Assembly (NCBI RefSeq): GCF_964355755.1
Contig: NC_092675.1
Span: forward strand, 23,346,912-23,410,911
Direction: 5' to 3'
DNA: 64,000 nt
DNA from: Antedon mediterranea
Taxonomy: Eukaryota; Animalia; Echinodermata
How positions within the stretch are numbered: the stretch's first letter is position 1; each line of letters starts with the position of its first letter. Positions 25,201-37,350 of this stretch are shown here, one piece after another. The translations under genes were made by a program, and so were the position numbers. The notes under the pieces are model-generated. The model saw only the letters and a program-made list of their open reading frames with translations. It searched no databases and was not told where the DNA came from.

Positions 25201-28200
25201 ATGCTGTTTATTAATTACGGCAGGTTAGATTTGCATTCTCTTTTATAACTTTTATCAAACTAAATTATTTTATGAATTACCGTAAAGTATGTTTTTTATA
25301 AAAAATAATGCAAAAAAGGAGGAACAACATGGGGTTGTTACAATCTTTTCTATTGTTATTTTTAATTGAATTATTTTATTGTTTCAAAATTGTTTTAAAT
25401 AGTTATTAAAATAACTATTCAACAAAACAATTGTTTTAAAATTGTTTTTGTTTCAGGAATACAATAATATATCTTTAAATGTCTTGGAATGGCCTTTTTT
25501 TGGAGTATTTTACTGTATAATATTTTTTTCAATTAGATGGCGTATACAGAGGCACAAAATTGGTAAATCTGAAAGATATCGCTGATGGGGCTCTTAAGAT
25601 CTGTAAAGAGAAAAAGTTTGAGGTGAAAAAAACGATTGTGGTTTGCCATCTTGGACCAATGTCACCACCAAGTGATAAGAAAGTGTCATCACCAGCTGCA
25701 AAGAGACCATGCATGTCACTTGTTGTAAGTACTGTATCTGTGTCATATATTCACTCCAAGTTCTCCTGTTTTTTTAGCAATTATGTGCAACTTATACGGC
25801 ATTTCTGTGCCAATATAGCCAAGGCTTGACAACTGTCAATCTGCCAGCCATCATTAGTTTTCAAGATTTTCATTTTAATCATGTGTGAATAAGAATATTG
25901 CAACAATACTAAAACAATTTTAGCTTGTTGATTAATATCCCACAATGCAATGCATTCATGGATTTGTATAGTAAAATGGTATTACTCTTTCTAAGCCATG
26001 ACATTACTATCCAACTGGTGCTTAAGGATTATGGTATTGGTGTGGAAGACAATAGAGTATCTCTAGTTGTGCAATATGTATCATTTTAAATAAATTAGTT
26101 AGAGAAAAAAAAAATTCAAATGTATAAAATAACCACCTAAACATAAAATGGGGAACGCCATACAATATTGCACAGTTTTGAGGAGGTACCAAATCACTAC
26201 TAGCCATGTCTCGTAAGATGTTATTTTCCAGTGGCCTCTGCTAGACCACCTCCAGAATCATGGGATCTCTGCTTATGAGAAGTACTGTAATATTTAAAAA
26301 AAAAAATATTTTTCATACTATGAATTTCTTTTATTAGACTAACTTTGTTGAAGGTTCTGATCTATGGTACCATGATGTAATGTCAAATGCCAGCGAGGAG
26401 TGTAAACCAGAGTGGTTAGATGCTGAAGACCCTTTGTTTATGCTTTACACAAGGTGAGACAACAGTCAATATGGAACTTTCATTATTATACTTATATGAT
26501 GTTCAAGTGGAATGGAGTTGTGGCTTGGTAATTATGATGCTTGGCTACCACTCCAAGGGTCCTGGGTTCAAGTCCCGTCACATTTTTTCTAAGGACAAAA
26601 TTACAACACCCCTCCCAAAGACTTGTAATAAGACTTTGTTTATGTAGAGCATGTTGTGTATATGTTTGTCTTGTGAACCTCCTAATGATCAGCAGTTGCT
26701 GGATGGATCACCCATTGCTGGATGGATCACCCACATTAAATATGGTATAAAAAAAACAAACAGAAGTTGTAAGTAGAAAGTATCGGTCAACTTGGCTCAA
26801 TTTTGTATTCATCAAATTCAATGTTGTCACCATTATCATCCCTAACATTATTGAGCTGATCAGAAAGTAAGCCCTGATTTGATATAATTTACGAATAATG
26901 GTTTATTTCAGTGGATCGACTGGAAAACCAAAAGGAGTGGTTCATACTCAAGCAGGCTATATGATGTATGCAGCTACGACATTCAAGTATGTTTTTGATT
27001 ATCACGATGGAGATGTCTATTGGTGTACTGCTGACATTGGTTGGATAACTGGTCATTCCTACATCACCTATGGACCAATGGCGAATGGAGCCACAAGTGT
27101 ACTGGTAAGAATAACAGTGCGAGATGCCAAGGATAATAAATTTTTGATCTACTTTGAATAAATCTCAATTTCCAGACATCCATACATGAACACATCTCAT
27201 AACTTCTGCCCCTACGGTATACAGTACCTCAAAATCCATGAATTATATGCTTTATCAGTCTATTTTGTGCCTAGGTTATCTGGATAAACTGAGAGTAACC
27301 CATGCTCTCCAGAGAAAGGGCTTGGATACAAAAAGTTAAACATTACTAGAGCACCCCTTTATCATAATGGACTAGGCCACATGAAAAAAAAATCAAATTA
27401 TGGGATAATGTTGAGAATTGTGAATTTGTGTATACATCTTCATACAATATATTATACAGTTTTTAGCTCGTCAAAATGTATAGTTAGTATAGAGAAAAAT
27501 GAAATAATTGCAGTACTATATTATCATTGATTATTTAGGATGTTTAGTAACTAATTAGCATAATTTATCATTTTCTGTAATGTAGTTTGAGGGCGTTCCA
27601 ACATACCCTGGACCAGAGCGGTGTTGGCAGGTTGTTGAGAAATACAAAGTCTCTAAATTCTATACAGCACCAACACTTATCAGAACTTTGATGAAATATG
27701 GAGATGAGCCCATCAAAAAGTGAGATTTCACACATTACATATTTTATTATTATTGTTTATGTTTATTATATATTTAAGCAAATTGCCAAGGATAACCATA
27801 AGCGAATTCATTCACTATCCTTCTTAAAGGTGGCAATCCTGTTCACAAGACAAACATATACACCATATTCTCTACATAAACAAAGTCTTATTTGGGAGTG
27901 GAGTTGTAATTTGTCATTAGAAAAAATCCTGACATATGACAGGACTTGAACCCAGGAACCTTGAATTGGTAGCCAAGCATCATAACCACCAAGCCACAAC
28001 TCCTTTATTAAATTGTTTGTTCAGTGTTAGCTATTCTAATACATTTTTTCAATGTATTTTTTGTAGATATGATCGTAGTTCACTAAAAGTTCTTGGCTCG
28101 GTTGGAGAGCCTATAAACCCAGAAGCGTGGCGTTTCTACTACAATAATATTGGCGAAAAGAAGTGCTCAATAGTGGACACATTCTGGCAGACTGAAACAG

Positions 28201-30977
28201 TAGGTCAAACATTAATGAGCTTAATTGCTTTCAGAGGTCAGTTGATTGACCAATAATTTACTAAAATAGAAATTAAGGACCATCATAATCTAAATCCTTA
28301 AATTTGTATTAGCTATGCTGTTATTAATTTTAAATGCTTTTCATCATTAATTTTAAATGCTTTTAATCATTAATTTCATTTCATTTACTCATATTACACT
28401 CATGTAAAACAATCTAATATTACACAACATAAGTAATTTGACCAATCACAAGCGATGAATTATTCAAAGTCGCTTGTCATTCATTTAAGCTTCGTTCCAG
28501 AGTGGGAACGCAGCTTAAAAATGAATTGATGTTTTATTTTCTAGGGAGGTCATACTATGACACCATTACCAGGCTGTACACCAACAAAACCTGGTGCTGC
28601 TGTAAGTAGTTTCTTATTAATAAAATGATCATCTGTTAGTGTATTACTACTGTATATTGTAGTTTATTATTAATATTCCTACAAATAGGCATAGAAGATA
28701 GATAGAAGATTTTTCAATATCATAGGTTTACTTTAAATAATGTCCAGCCATTTTTTGACAAACATTTTCATTATAGCAAATAGAAATATGTATGTTGTAA
28801 ACAATTTGAGACCAAATAGAAGCCTCTACAGTTAGCGGTTGCTAACATATACAAATTTAAAATAAAAGAAAATGGATTTTTGTAGATTTTGGATATGTTA
28901 TTCTCCATACAATTCCGCTTCCAATGATGTAAAAATTTCTTTTGTATTATTTTTTCCCGGTTAAACCCTTCAACTACCAGACTAAATAGAATATATGAGA
29001 GAACGACCATGAAAAGCAATTAAATTGCCATTTTGTCTCTTACACATATAATTATTGAACTTGTACCAACATAGTTGAAGGTGTTATATACTACCTACTT
29101 ATAGTAACTTGGAGAACTCTGTAATGATAGGTGCAAGTCTGGGAGTTGAATGTAAAGAGTTAAGTCACACATACTTTAGCCTAGCAATAACTATGCATAA
29201 TATTTGTTTCAGACGTTTCCATTCTTTGGAATTGTGCCAGTACTGTTGGATGAAAATGGCAAAGTTATTGAGGGTGTAGGAGAAGGATATCTGGTTAGTT
29301 GTAGTCAATAAAATTAAAAAGGATTTAGTTGAAGGTTGAAAATGTTTTAATTTGGAGCTATTTTTTAAAATCATTTTACTTATGCCCTTACGTAAATTTA
29401 TATATAGATTTAAATACAACACGGCTTTAGTTATGAAGAACCCGCTGAAAAGGTTGTAACAAAAATGTATTTCATTGGTTCATTAAAACAAATTTATTAA
29501 TAGGAAACATAACTTTCTAACAGTAGAAGCAAGAATCAATCAATCAATCAAAGTAACATTTATTTCTCTTCTTGTCTTTCATAGAAAATAAAAATTAACA
29601 GTAAATATGATTAAAATAAGAGGGGCAACATTCCTAAAAAGCTAAGCTTGTATAAGGCAGCCCATAAATGTCAATAGAATGTCAATACAGTAGATCCAGC
29701 TAGAATAAGAAAAGATAATTTAACAGCTTGACATAGAGTATGCAAGATAAGAAAAAAACACATAAATTTATGAAACAAAACTGCAATGGACTTTGTGACT
29801 GCTACCTTTTTAATTCTTTATATTTATACTGTACATTTACAGGTGTTTAAGCAGCCTTGGCCTGGTATTATGCGTACTATTTATGGAAATCATCCAAGAT
29901 ATGAAGAAACCTACTTTACTCAGTTTCCAGGTTATTACAAGACAGGGGATGGTAAATACGCTTGTTACAGACATTAGATCTTAATCGTTGAAGTTCCACA
30001 ATCAACATATTTTTTTTCATCAGTTAAATGAAAAAATAATTTTGATGATATAAAAAGGAAAATTCAACCCGATAAGTTATCAGGACTTTCAATACAAAAT
30101 ACAGTTGAATATAGAGACATTTAAACCGATAATTATTTTTTATCCTAATGATACTAAAATGTCAATTTTATATTTTATTGTAGGAGCCAAACGTGACAAA
30201 GATGGTTATATATGGATCACAGGTCGCATAGATGACATGGTAAATGTATCTGGCCATCTTCTCAGCACCGCTGCAGTTGAGTCGGCATTGGTGGAACATG
30301 CTAAAGTTGCCGAAGCGGCAGTAGTCAGTCTACCTCACAAAATCAAAGGAGAAACATGTTACTGTTTTGTTACTTTAATTGATGGCAATACCTTCGATAG
30401 TGAGCTAATCACAGAATTGAAACACTGTGGTAAGACACTCTTCATATATAATACAGCAGAACATATACAAAAGCGACACCACTGTGTCCCAATAATAGGT
30501 ATATCCCCTTGATAGGGAGTAAACCTCTTGATAGGTGGGGGAGGGGGGAAGTATCTTCTAAGGTTTGGCTGTAAAACATTTTTATTGCGCTTCTTAATTT
30601 TGTTCATATGAAACAATCCTTTTACTTAATATAGGGTTATCCCTGAATAAGACTGTTCCCTTAAAAAGAGTGTCCCAAAGGATGCTTCATTTTTAAACTC
30701 AAGTTTATTTATTTTTTTTTTATTGAAGTGCTAAAACCACATAAAACTATATATTTAACTGTTTTTAATTGTAGTTCGAACAAAGATTGGTCCATTTGCA
30801 CAGCCAGAAGTTATCCAGAATGCTCCTGGTCTTCCCAAAACTCGATCAGGAAAGATTATGCGCCGTATTCTCAGAAAAATTGCTGTAAACAATCGTGAAT
30901 TTGGAGATGTGTCGACTATGGCTGATTCTTCAGTGATCGATGTTCTGTTTGCAAATCGACCAACATCGACATCATAA
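16244..30977 (+). CDS. ACSS2: Acetyl-CoA synthetase, cytosolic/nuclear type, 14 coding exons
   Basis: Exons 16244-16548, 18080-18171, 19761-19864, 25151-25223, 25537-25724, 26338-26453, 26912-27104, 27586-27719, 28067-28199, 28545-28601, 29213-29293, 29843-29951, 30184-30429, 30775-30977. Motifs [46 protein letters not shown]. No mitochondrial presequence; the SPAAKRPC insert resembles the vertebrate ACSS2 SPPIKRSC segment. Confidence 0.93.
16704..17778. mobile_element. Foldback/Mutator-like non-autonomous element in ACSS2 intron 1
   Basis: TIR GGGTGTCACGAAACCTAAGACC...GGTCTTAGGTTTCGTGACACCC, built from TAAGAC subrepeats. Flanking direct repeat GCCGCCAGTC at 16694-16703 and 17779-17788. An additional internal palindrome spans ~16800-17450. 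Confidence 0.88.
18232..19273. mobile_element. MITE with ~150-bp TIRs and 9-bp TSD (Mutator-like) in ACSS2 intron 2
   Basis: Ends CGCTGTGGCTAAAGATACGGTACC...GGTACCGTATCTTTAGCCACGGCG; TSD TTTATTATT on both sides. Confidence 0.88.
20461..24592 (-). CDS. Nested antisense gene: NLS + CxxC/coiled coil + C-terminal BEN domain (~335 aa)
   Basis: Five GT-AG exons in frame without stops: 24592-24433, 22175-21861, 21633-21515, 21405-21180, 20648-20461 (1008 nt). BEN-like segment [32 protein letters not shown]..|[21 protein letters not shown]; coiled coil [18 protein letters not shown]; basic KRRK. Confidence 0.75.
22722..23724. mobile_element. Foldback-type MITE with decamer-repeat TIRs, inside intron 1 of the nested gene
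   Basis: Ends GGGTCAGTCTAATTACCG...CGGTAATTAGACTGACCG; TIRs contain (AACCGAAAAC)n arrays and extend over 200 bp; TSD TAAATTCC at 22714-22721 and 23725-23732. Confidence 0.88.
26514..26678 (+). mobile_element. tRNA-derived SINE, family B, copy 1 (ACSS2 intron 6)
   Basis: A-box-like TGGCTTGGT and B-box GGTTCAAGTCC; the body is shared with 27823-28003 (-) and 60147-60260 (-). Confidence 0.7.
27823..28003 (-). mobile_element. tRNA-derived SINE, family B, copy 2 (ACSS2 intron 8)
   Basis: Reverse complement of the 26514 element: GGAGTTGTGGCTTGGTGG...GGTTCAAGTCCTGTCA...TTTGTTTATGTAGAG...TTGTGAAC. Confidence 0.7.
28436..28518. mobile_element. Remnant of the PIF/Harbinger-like MITE family seen at 46761
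   Basis: Contains TTGACCAATCACAAGCGATG and the terminus AGTGGGAAC..AGCT followed by TAA, matching 46761-46939. Confidence 0.5.
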
Positions 30978-31088
30978 GAAGTAACTTCACAATAATTAGT
31001 ACAAGTTTAATTCTTTTATTTTATTTTCAAATCGACCAACATCGACATCATAAGTAATAAGAGTAATTTACAATAATTAGTACAAGTA
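30952..31088 (+). repeat. Tandem duplication of the ACSS2 stop-codon region
   Basis: CAAATCGACCAACATCGACATCATAAG...ACAATAATTAGTACAAGT occurs at ~30952 and ~31028. Confidence 0.85.
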
Positions 31089-34000
31089 ACATTCTTTTAA
31101 TTTCATTGATTACAGTACAATTTTAGTAGTAATTGAAGAGTACTTTTGTTTTTAAGAGATCTAAGACTAGTACCATGAATTAGTTGTTTTTACTTTTTAA
31201 AAGGGGTGTGTATTTACACATGCCTTCTGTTGCAGCTGTCAAAATCAATATGGAGGTTTTATTTATGATGACCATTGAACCTCAACACAGTGTTGACGTA
31301 CAGATTCTTGTTTCGATCAATTGTAGAATAATGCGTCCTAGGTCGATGACAAATTTAAAAGACTATGATTGATTTATTGGTCACTTAAACTTTGATATTG
31401 ATTCTTAGACTGTTTTCATTAGTACTTTAAATAATTATATTTATTCAGAGGACCAATCATGATGTACACAGATTTTTTTTAAATTTTGTTTAATTATATT
31501 TTGTTTATTAGTATACTGTAGTAGATGAAACGTCCTGGCTTTGTCATGTTACTTGAGTTATCTCATAGCTGCAAACATGCCACAGCACAATACAAGGATC
31601 TCATAATTAGGCTCAATTTAAAGGCATGGGCTTTCAACATTTTGTAATCGTCGACCTTGCTATTTGATATGGTTTAGATAAATATTTATGCTGACTACAA
31701 AAACATTGAGTAGGAACAATCATATTTATTAAAAAAACTTTTTTAAGTTGTCACAGCAACAAGTTGTATGCAAGTCATGGTCAAAAAAGTAATATTAAAA
31801 TGTGATCATGAAAATTAATTAAACCAAAACATAAAATAGACCCATCAACTGAAATGTATATTATCAAACTCCTTTGTCTCGTTTTCTTTTAATTTAAATC
31901 TTTGTATTTAGTACACAGTAAATTGCCAGACAAACCACTGCCTAACATTCCCTGAACAAAAAAACCCAAATTCTTTCGTATTCAAATACAGGATGAATTA
32001 AAGAGATCTTAGATTTGAGAACTGTTTATGATGTTATTTATACCTATGTGGTTGTTATTTATGTACTAGGAGTTCTACTTATATAAATAATAATCATCAT
32101 CATGGCTTGATTTTCTGTTAAATTATCTTTAAACGTCTACCCCATACCAACCAATTTATCTTCCCGTTGTTCCAGACATTTCCCACCACCGATCTTTTCA
32201 ATTTTATCAACAACAACTATACGACTAGATAATTTATTATTTTAGTAGTTTCAATTTTCTAAATAAAGATAGTGTAGTATTGGTGATGGGTATAAACAAA
32301 TATTTTTTTTTATATTGAATTTGTATCATTAATTGTTACCCATTCCTTTTCTTCCATCTTTTACTGACAAATTGCGGATCATTTTGCTTTTAAATGTATC
32401 TTGACCAGCCTTCACATCTCTGTCAATTGTTTTGTGCAGTTGACATTTTCTCGTTTTTGTATTGTAGCAAAATTAATTTGGTAGTTTATGAGTAATTTTT
32501 TTTCTGTATCTTCAATAACAGTATAAACATTTTGCAGGGAAATATTTGTAGCATTATCGTTTGTAATGATTGCCTGGTGAATAGTAGGTTTTGTAATCTC
32601 TCTATATATTAGGCGTGTGACCATAAACATTGAATTCAACACAAATTATTAATCAATGTACTATTTATTTTCCAAATAACTGTACTGCAATATTGAAATA
32701 AATTTTTGAAATAGGCCTAACCTTATTATGTTGTAATCTTGATCCTAAAATTAAAACTTCACACACACACACACTTGCTTTTGTGGTTGCAGTCAAAGAA
32801 AATGAAATAGTTATTGCAAGGCAATCTAAAAACAACACTGAGCTCGCCTTGCTGAGATAGGAACTCATAACAGTCCTTTGATCTTATGTCTGGAGGCGAC
32901 AAATACCAACAATACTGTACTAATACTATGTACATATTCTCTACTGCGCGCAGTATCTGTTAAAAGAGCATGGAGCTAATCTTGTCGAAACCGAAGATAA
33001 ACCCCTCCGGAGCTCACAATCTTGTTAGATTGCCTAGGTTATTGTTAATTGGGTTATAAATAACTTGATGTTCAGTGTTTTCAACTCGTTTTGTCTTAAT
33101 GACATGTTTATCATATCAGTCGGTGATATCGCGTGCGCACATGTGAGGCGGTGGTGACGGTGTTTTCTCATTGCTCAGAAGTTCATTATCGGTTTTACCA
33201 GGTACCTGAGATATCGCCCTAGAAACATGAACTGTTTCGGGTTTTTTTCCCCCTTTTTTTTATAGTTTTGAAGAAAACAACGCGAAAAAACGGTGTAATC
33301 AAAACAGTTTAAAGTCTTGTTGTCTTGTCTTGTGAACTATGTAGTATTTCCTACGTTACTACAACCGACAAGTTTCATTCATGAACATTTTCAGTTTAGT
33401 TAAATCGAATCTGTCGTGTGTGAACATCGTGTATTTTTTACCCGCGTAAACTACCAATTAGGTCTATATTGTCGACAGTGTACATTGATGGTAGGCCCTA
33501 CAGCGCATGGAGTTAGCCACTACTACTGTTGTAACGTGTTGCCATACAACAGCTAGATCCATGATTAACAAGAAAGATCGAGCATCGAGTTGTCAAATAA
33601 TTATTAAATAATTCGGGCTTCATTTGTATCCCTCATTTCTGTACTCATCTGATGACATGTACAGCCACCAAAGATTTGTATTATAAAATACTCTACCTTT
33701 AATTTTATATATATACTATATTTATTTTTTTATCTATTGTATCTAATTAATTATTGTTCTATAACCTCAAATGTATTTCTATTTTGTTAATGATGATGGT
33801 CTCTGCTTAGAGTCTATTATCTTAGACTTATTTTTACCACCATCCACTTTTAAACTTAACTAATTATTTATAAAAAAATATTTTATGTATTATTTGTGGA
33901 AATCAAATAAAAAAAACAAACTCTAATAGTTGGAGAATAGAGACAATATAAACATCAAGATATCCGTATTTTATAAGAGTTCATAAAATATTTATTTGTT

Positions 34001-34215
34001 ATCAAAAATATATGTATATGTCATATACAGTATTTATTTATTATTGAATAATTATAAAAATGACAATATTGCACGATTAGTCTAAAAGTAGGCTATAATT
34101 TAGGAACACCGTGATCGAGGCATCTGAAAGATATCAAAAACAAAATGTGTTTAAATTAGTATGCAAATGATTTCAGACTACAGTGACTTAAAGTTAAGTA
34201 TTTTCTACCGTAGGC

Positions 34216-35734
34216 CTAGGCATTTACTGTATAATCAATATTATTATAATAATGTAATAAGACATTAACATTCTTTGTAAGGCTCTCGATTGCTTCTTCT
34301 TCTAATTGTGGGTTGTCTTTGTGGCAATGATATATTCCAGATGTTGGAAGTGATGATCCACGGAACTTCTTTGTTCGGTAAATGTCATCAGCATGTGTCA
34401 CATTCGCCGGTAATTCTAATCCTGCTGTTTGCCGAATGGAGCTATCGAAAATGCAACACATTTTATTATTTGTATCGAACATTATATTTACATTTATATC
34501 TAGGAAAATTGCAAAGGATGATCATATTATGCAAATTTGTTATCTATCCTTAGGTTAGGCATAAAGGTGGCAATCATGACACAACACAAATAGGCCTACA
34601 GTAAACAATCATAAAATAGTCTTTGGGACTGGAGCTGATAATATTGACCATTTCACGCAACTGATCTTTTGAGATTCATTTTTGACTCGGCAGTATAATC
34701 GTGTGGCGCATCCAGAAAACGTAAGAATAGGTTTTATTGATGATGAAAATGATCAGGATGACAATAATGCTTGGTTATTCATATACAAGTCGTACATACT
34801 GGTTATCAGTTTCTTTATTTCATCTCTGGCTTTTCTTAACTGTTCCATAAATTTTTCACATGCTTTCTTTTCTTTGCTTACTTCGCAACATTTCTCATTC
34901 AACCTGAATCATAAAGTGAAACAAAGTTTAAAAGTTTAATTAAATAAACATTATAATATGAGGCTATAATGTAATTGTAAGTTCATTAATCTTTAACATA
35001 GATTAGAAATTAGTACATATCAACATGATACAGTTATCAAATGCATTTTCTACCTACTTTGTGTTTTCTGTTTTAAACCGATCCAAAGATTCCTGCTTGT
35101 GCATTTCAAATTCTGTCATCAGTTCTTTTTTCTCATCAGTTACTTTCTTAATTTCATCTCTTGCTTTCTTTAACTGTTCCATTAGTTTTTCACATGCTTT
35201 CTTTTCTTTGCTTACTTCGCAACATTTCTCATTCAACCTGAATTATAAAGTGAAAACAAAGTTTAATTAAATAAAAATTATTATAAAAGGTAATATAAAC
35301 TTAACGGTCAATTTGCTCGGAACTTAGTGCAATATTCGCATGTTCATTAAGTTGTGTGATATCGTTTTGTTGAAGGAAGGAACCCATGATGATCTGATAA
35401 AATACCAAAAAAAAAAAGGTTTAAGAAACATATACATTGGTCCTTTAACTATTTACATGTACCTACCATGCAATTGCATTGCCTACAATACAATTTTTAG
35501 CAGCTATTGTTTTGCCAGAATCTCAGTCCTATATAATTATTTACAAAAAGTGGCATTTAAAGTTGATTCGGTATAAAAATATTTCCAAACCTTGTTCCCA
35601 TCCATTGTATGCATAAAAAGCAATTTGCTTGAATCAAGATAATCTATCTTTGATGCCGAAAGTGGAGCATTCGTTAGGGTTGATCCTGTTAGAGACTTCT
35701 TACAAACTTCATCTAAAGTTGTAAAGTTTGCCAT
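34216..35734 (-). CDS. Orphan coiled-coil protein gene, 5 exons, one non-canonical (TT) donor; possibly pseudogenising
   Basis: Exons 35734-35591, 35393-35305 (followed by TTAAGT instead of GTAAGT), 35237-35058, 34903-34799, 34499-34216 are phase-compatible. Exons 3 and 4 are paralogous (LNEKCCEVSKEKKACEK). Confidence 0.5.
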
Positions 35735-35944
35735 CCCTACTCTCAGGAAGTTAGTTCTTAGGTTTTAGAAAGAAAACAAATATAGAAAATTGAAAGTTAT
35801 TTTTTTCACTCTAGGCGCGCCTATGCCTATTTAGGCCTAGGCTAGGCCCTTGGCCTAGTTAGGCTATAAAAGTAGGCATTGTGTTAGTCTCATAATAGCA
35901 CTCTAGAAAATCGGCCTTAATATTAAATAGGGAGGATAAACTCT

Positions 35945-36410
35945 CAGCTCAGCAAACCATTAAATTTGTACAATGAAGAACTTCTGCTACTGCCAGTTTC
36001 GCCAAACCATCAGGTTTCAATAATGGAGAACTTCTACTACTGTCAGGCTCAGCAAACCATCAAATTTGTACAATGGAGAACTTCTGCTACTGTCAGTTTC
36101 GCCAAAATGAAACCATCAGGTTTCAATAATGGAGAACTTCTGCTACTAGCAGGCTCAGCAAACTATCAAATTTGTACAATGGAGAACTTTTGCTACTGTC
36201 AGTTTCGCCAAACCATCAGGTTTCAATAATGGAGAACTTATCTGCTACTGTCAGGCTCAGCAAACCATCAAATGTGTAATGGAGAACTTTTGCTACTGTC
36301 AGTTTCGCCAAACCATCAGGTTTCAATAATGGAGATCTTCTGCTACTATCAGGCTCAGCAAACCATCAAATTTCTACAATGTAGAACTTCTGCTACTGTC
36401 AGTCTCGCCA
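35945..36410. repeat. Minisatellite with ~100-bp higher-order unit (two alternating ~50-bp monomers), ~4.7 units
   Basis: CTCAGCAAAC recurs at 35948, 36048, 36154, 36256 and 36354; both monomers share AATGGAGAACTTCTGCTACTGTCAG. Confidence 0.9.
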
Positions 36411-37350
36411 TGGGGTATTAACTCACCGAACCATTCCAACATCAAGTTTGCATTGTACTAAGTTCATAGACTTTTGCTAATTATACCAGGCTCACCAATT
36501 ATAAAGTTTGAATGTTTTTTTTTTCGTTCCAAATTCAATGAAATACAAATATTAAACCCAAAAGTAACATTGCTAATTTTAATATATTTTTATATAAGTC
36601 TCTCTACAATGATAAATGATATATAATAAAAATACAACACAATGTCAAAATTGGTAAAATACAGTAAAAAATTGTATAAAAATGCATGGTATAGATCATG
36701 AAAGTCGAAATATTATCATACAATAATATTGTGTGTACAGTAGGCATATATGGATGTTATTTCGAGGCGTGTTTATTCCAAACGATGTTCTATTGGGGGA
36801 ATTTATTCGAGGGTGGCATTTATTCAAAGGCGGTGTTTATCCAAATAAATACGATGCTGATATACAAAATAAACATTACATTTTAAAAATACACTACAGT
36901 ATATTACATTTTATATATACAGTATCTACAAAACTTCTATTTAGGAAAGTCTCAAACTGTTACAATTCGCTAGATTACAATACTATATTTCTTACATAAT
37001 TAAAAAGTATATATACATTAACTTTTACATTATTTTAAAACAATATTACATATTAATATACAGTGCCGTGATTGTACTGGTGTAGGGTACAACTTTTCAT
37101 TCAAAATAGACTGATCTTCTGGGGGCCTATGATACTTTTATATTCACAATGTCGAAGAAAAAGATTTGGCTTCATTTATTAAAAATTAAAGGATAAACAT
37201 ATATTTGTTCCATAATCAATTCAATTCTTATTAATATGTTTCAAAATATAATCATGAAGATAACACTTGCATACTCGTTTATTTTTTAACACCCTGTGTC
37301 ACCATCTTTTTCATCATTGTGCATTCTTTCACTAAATTTAATATTGTTCT

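Noticed and set aside
35945-36410. Repeat-spacer-like pattern and ORF 35966..36229
   Set aside because: The apparent spacers are two alternating related monomers; the ORF is a by-product of the repeat.
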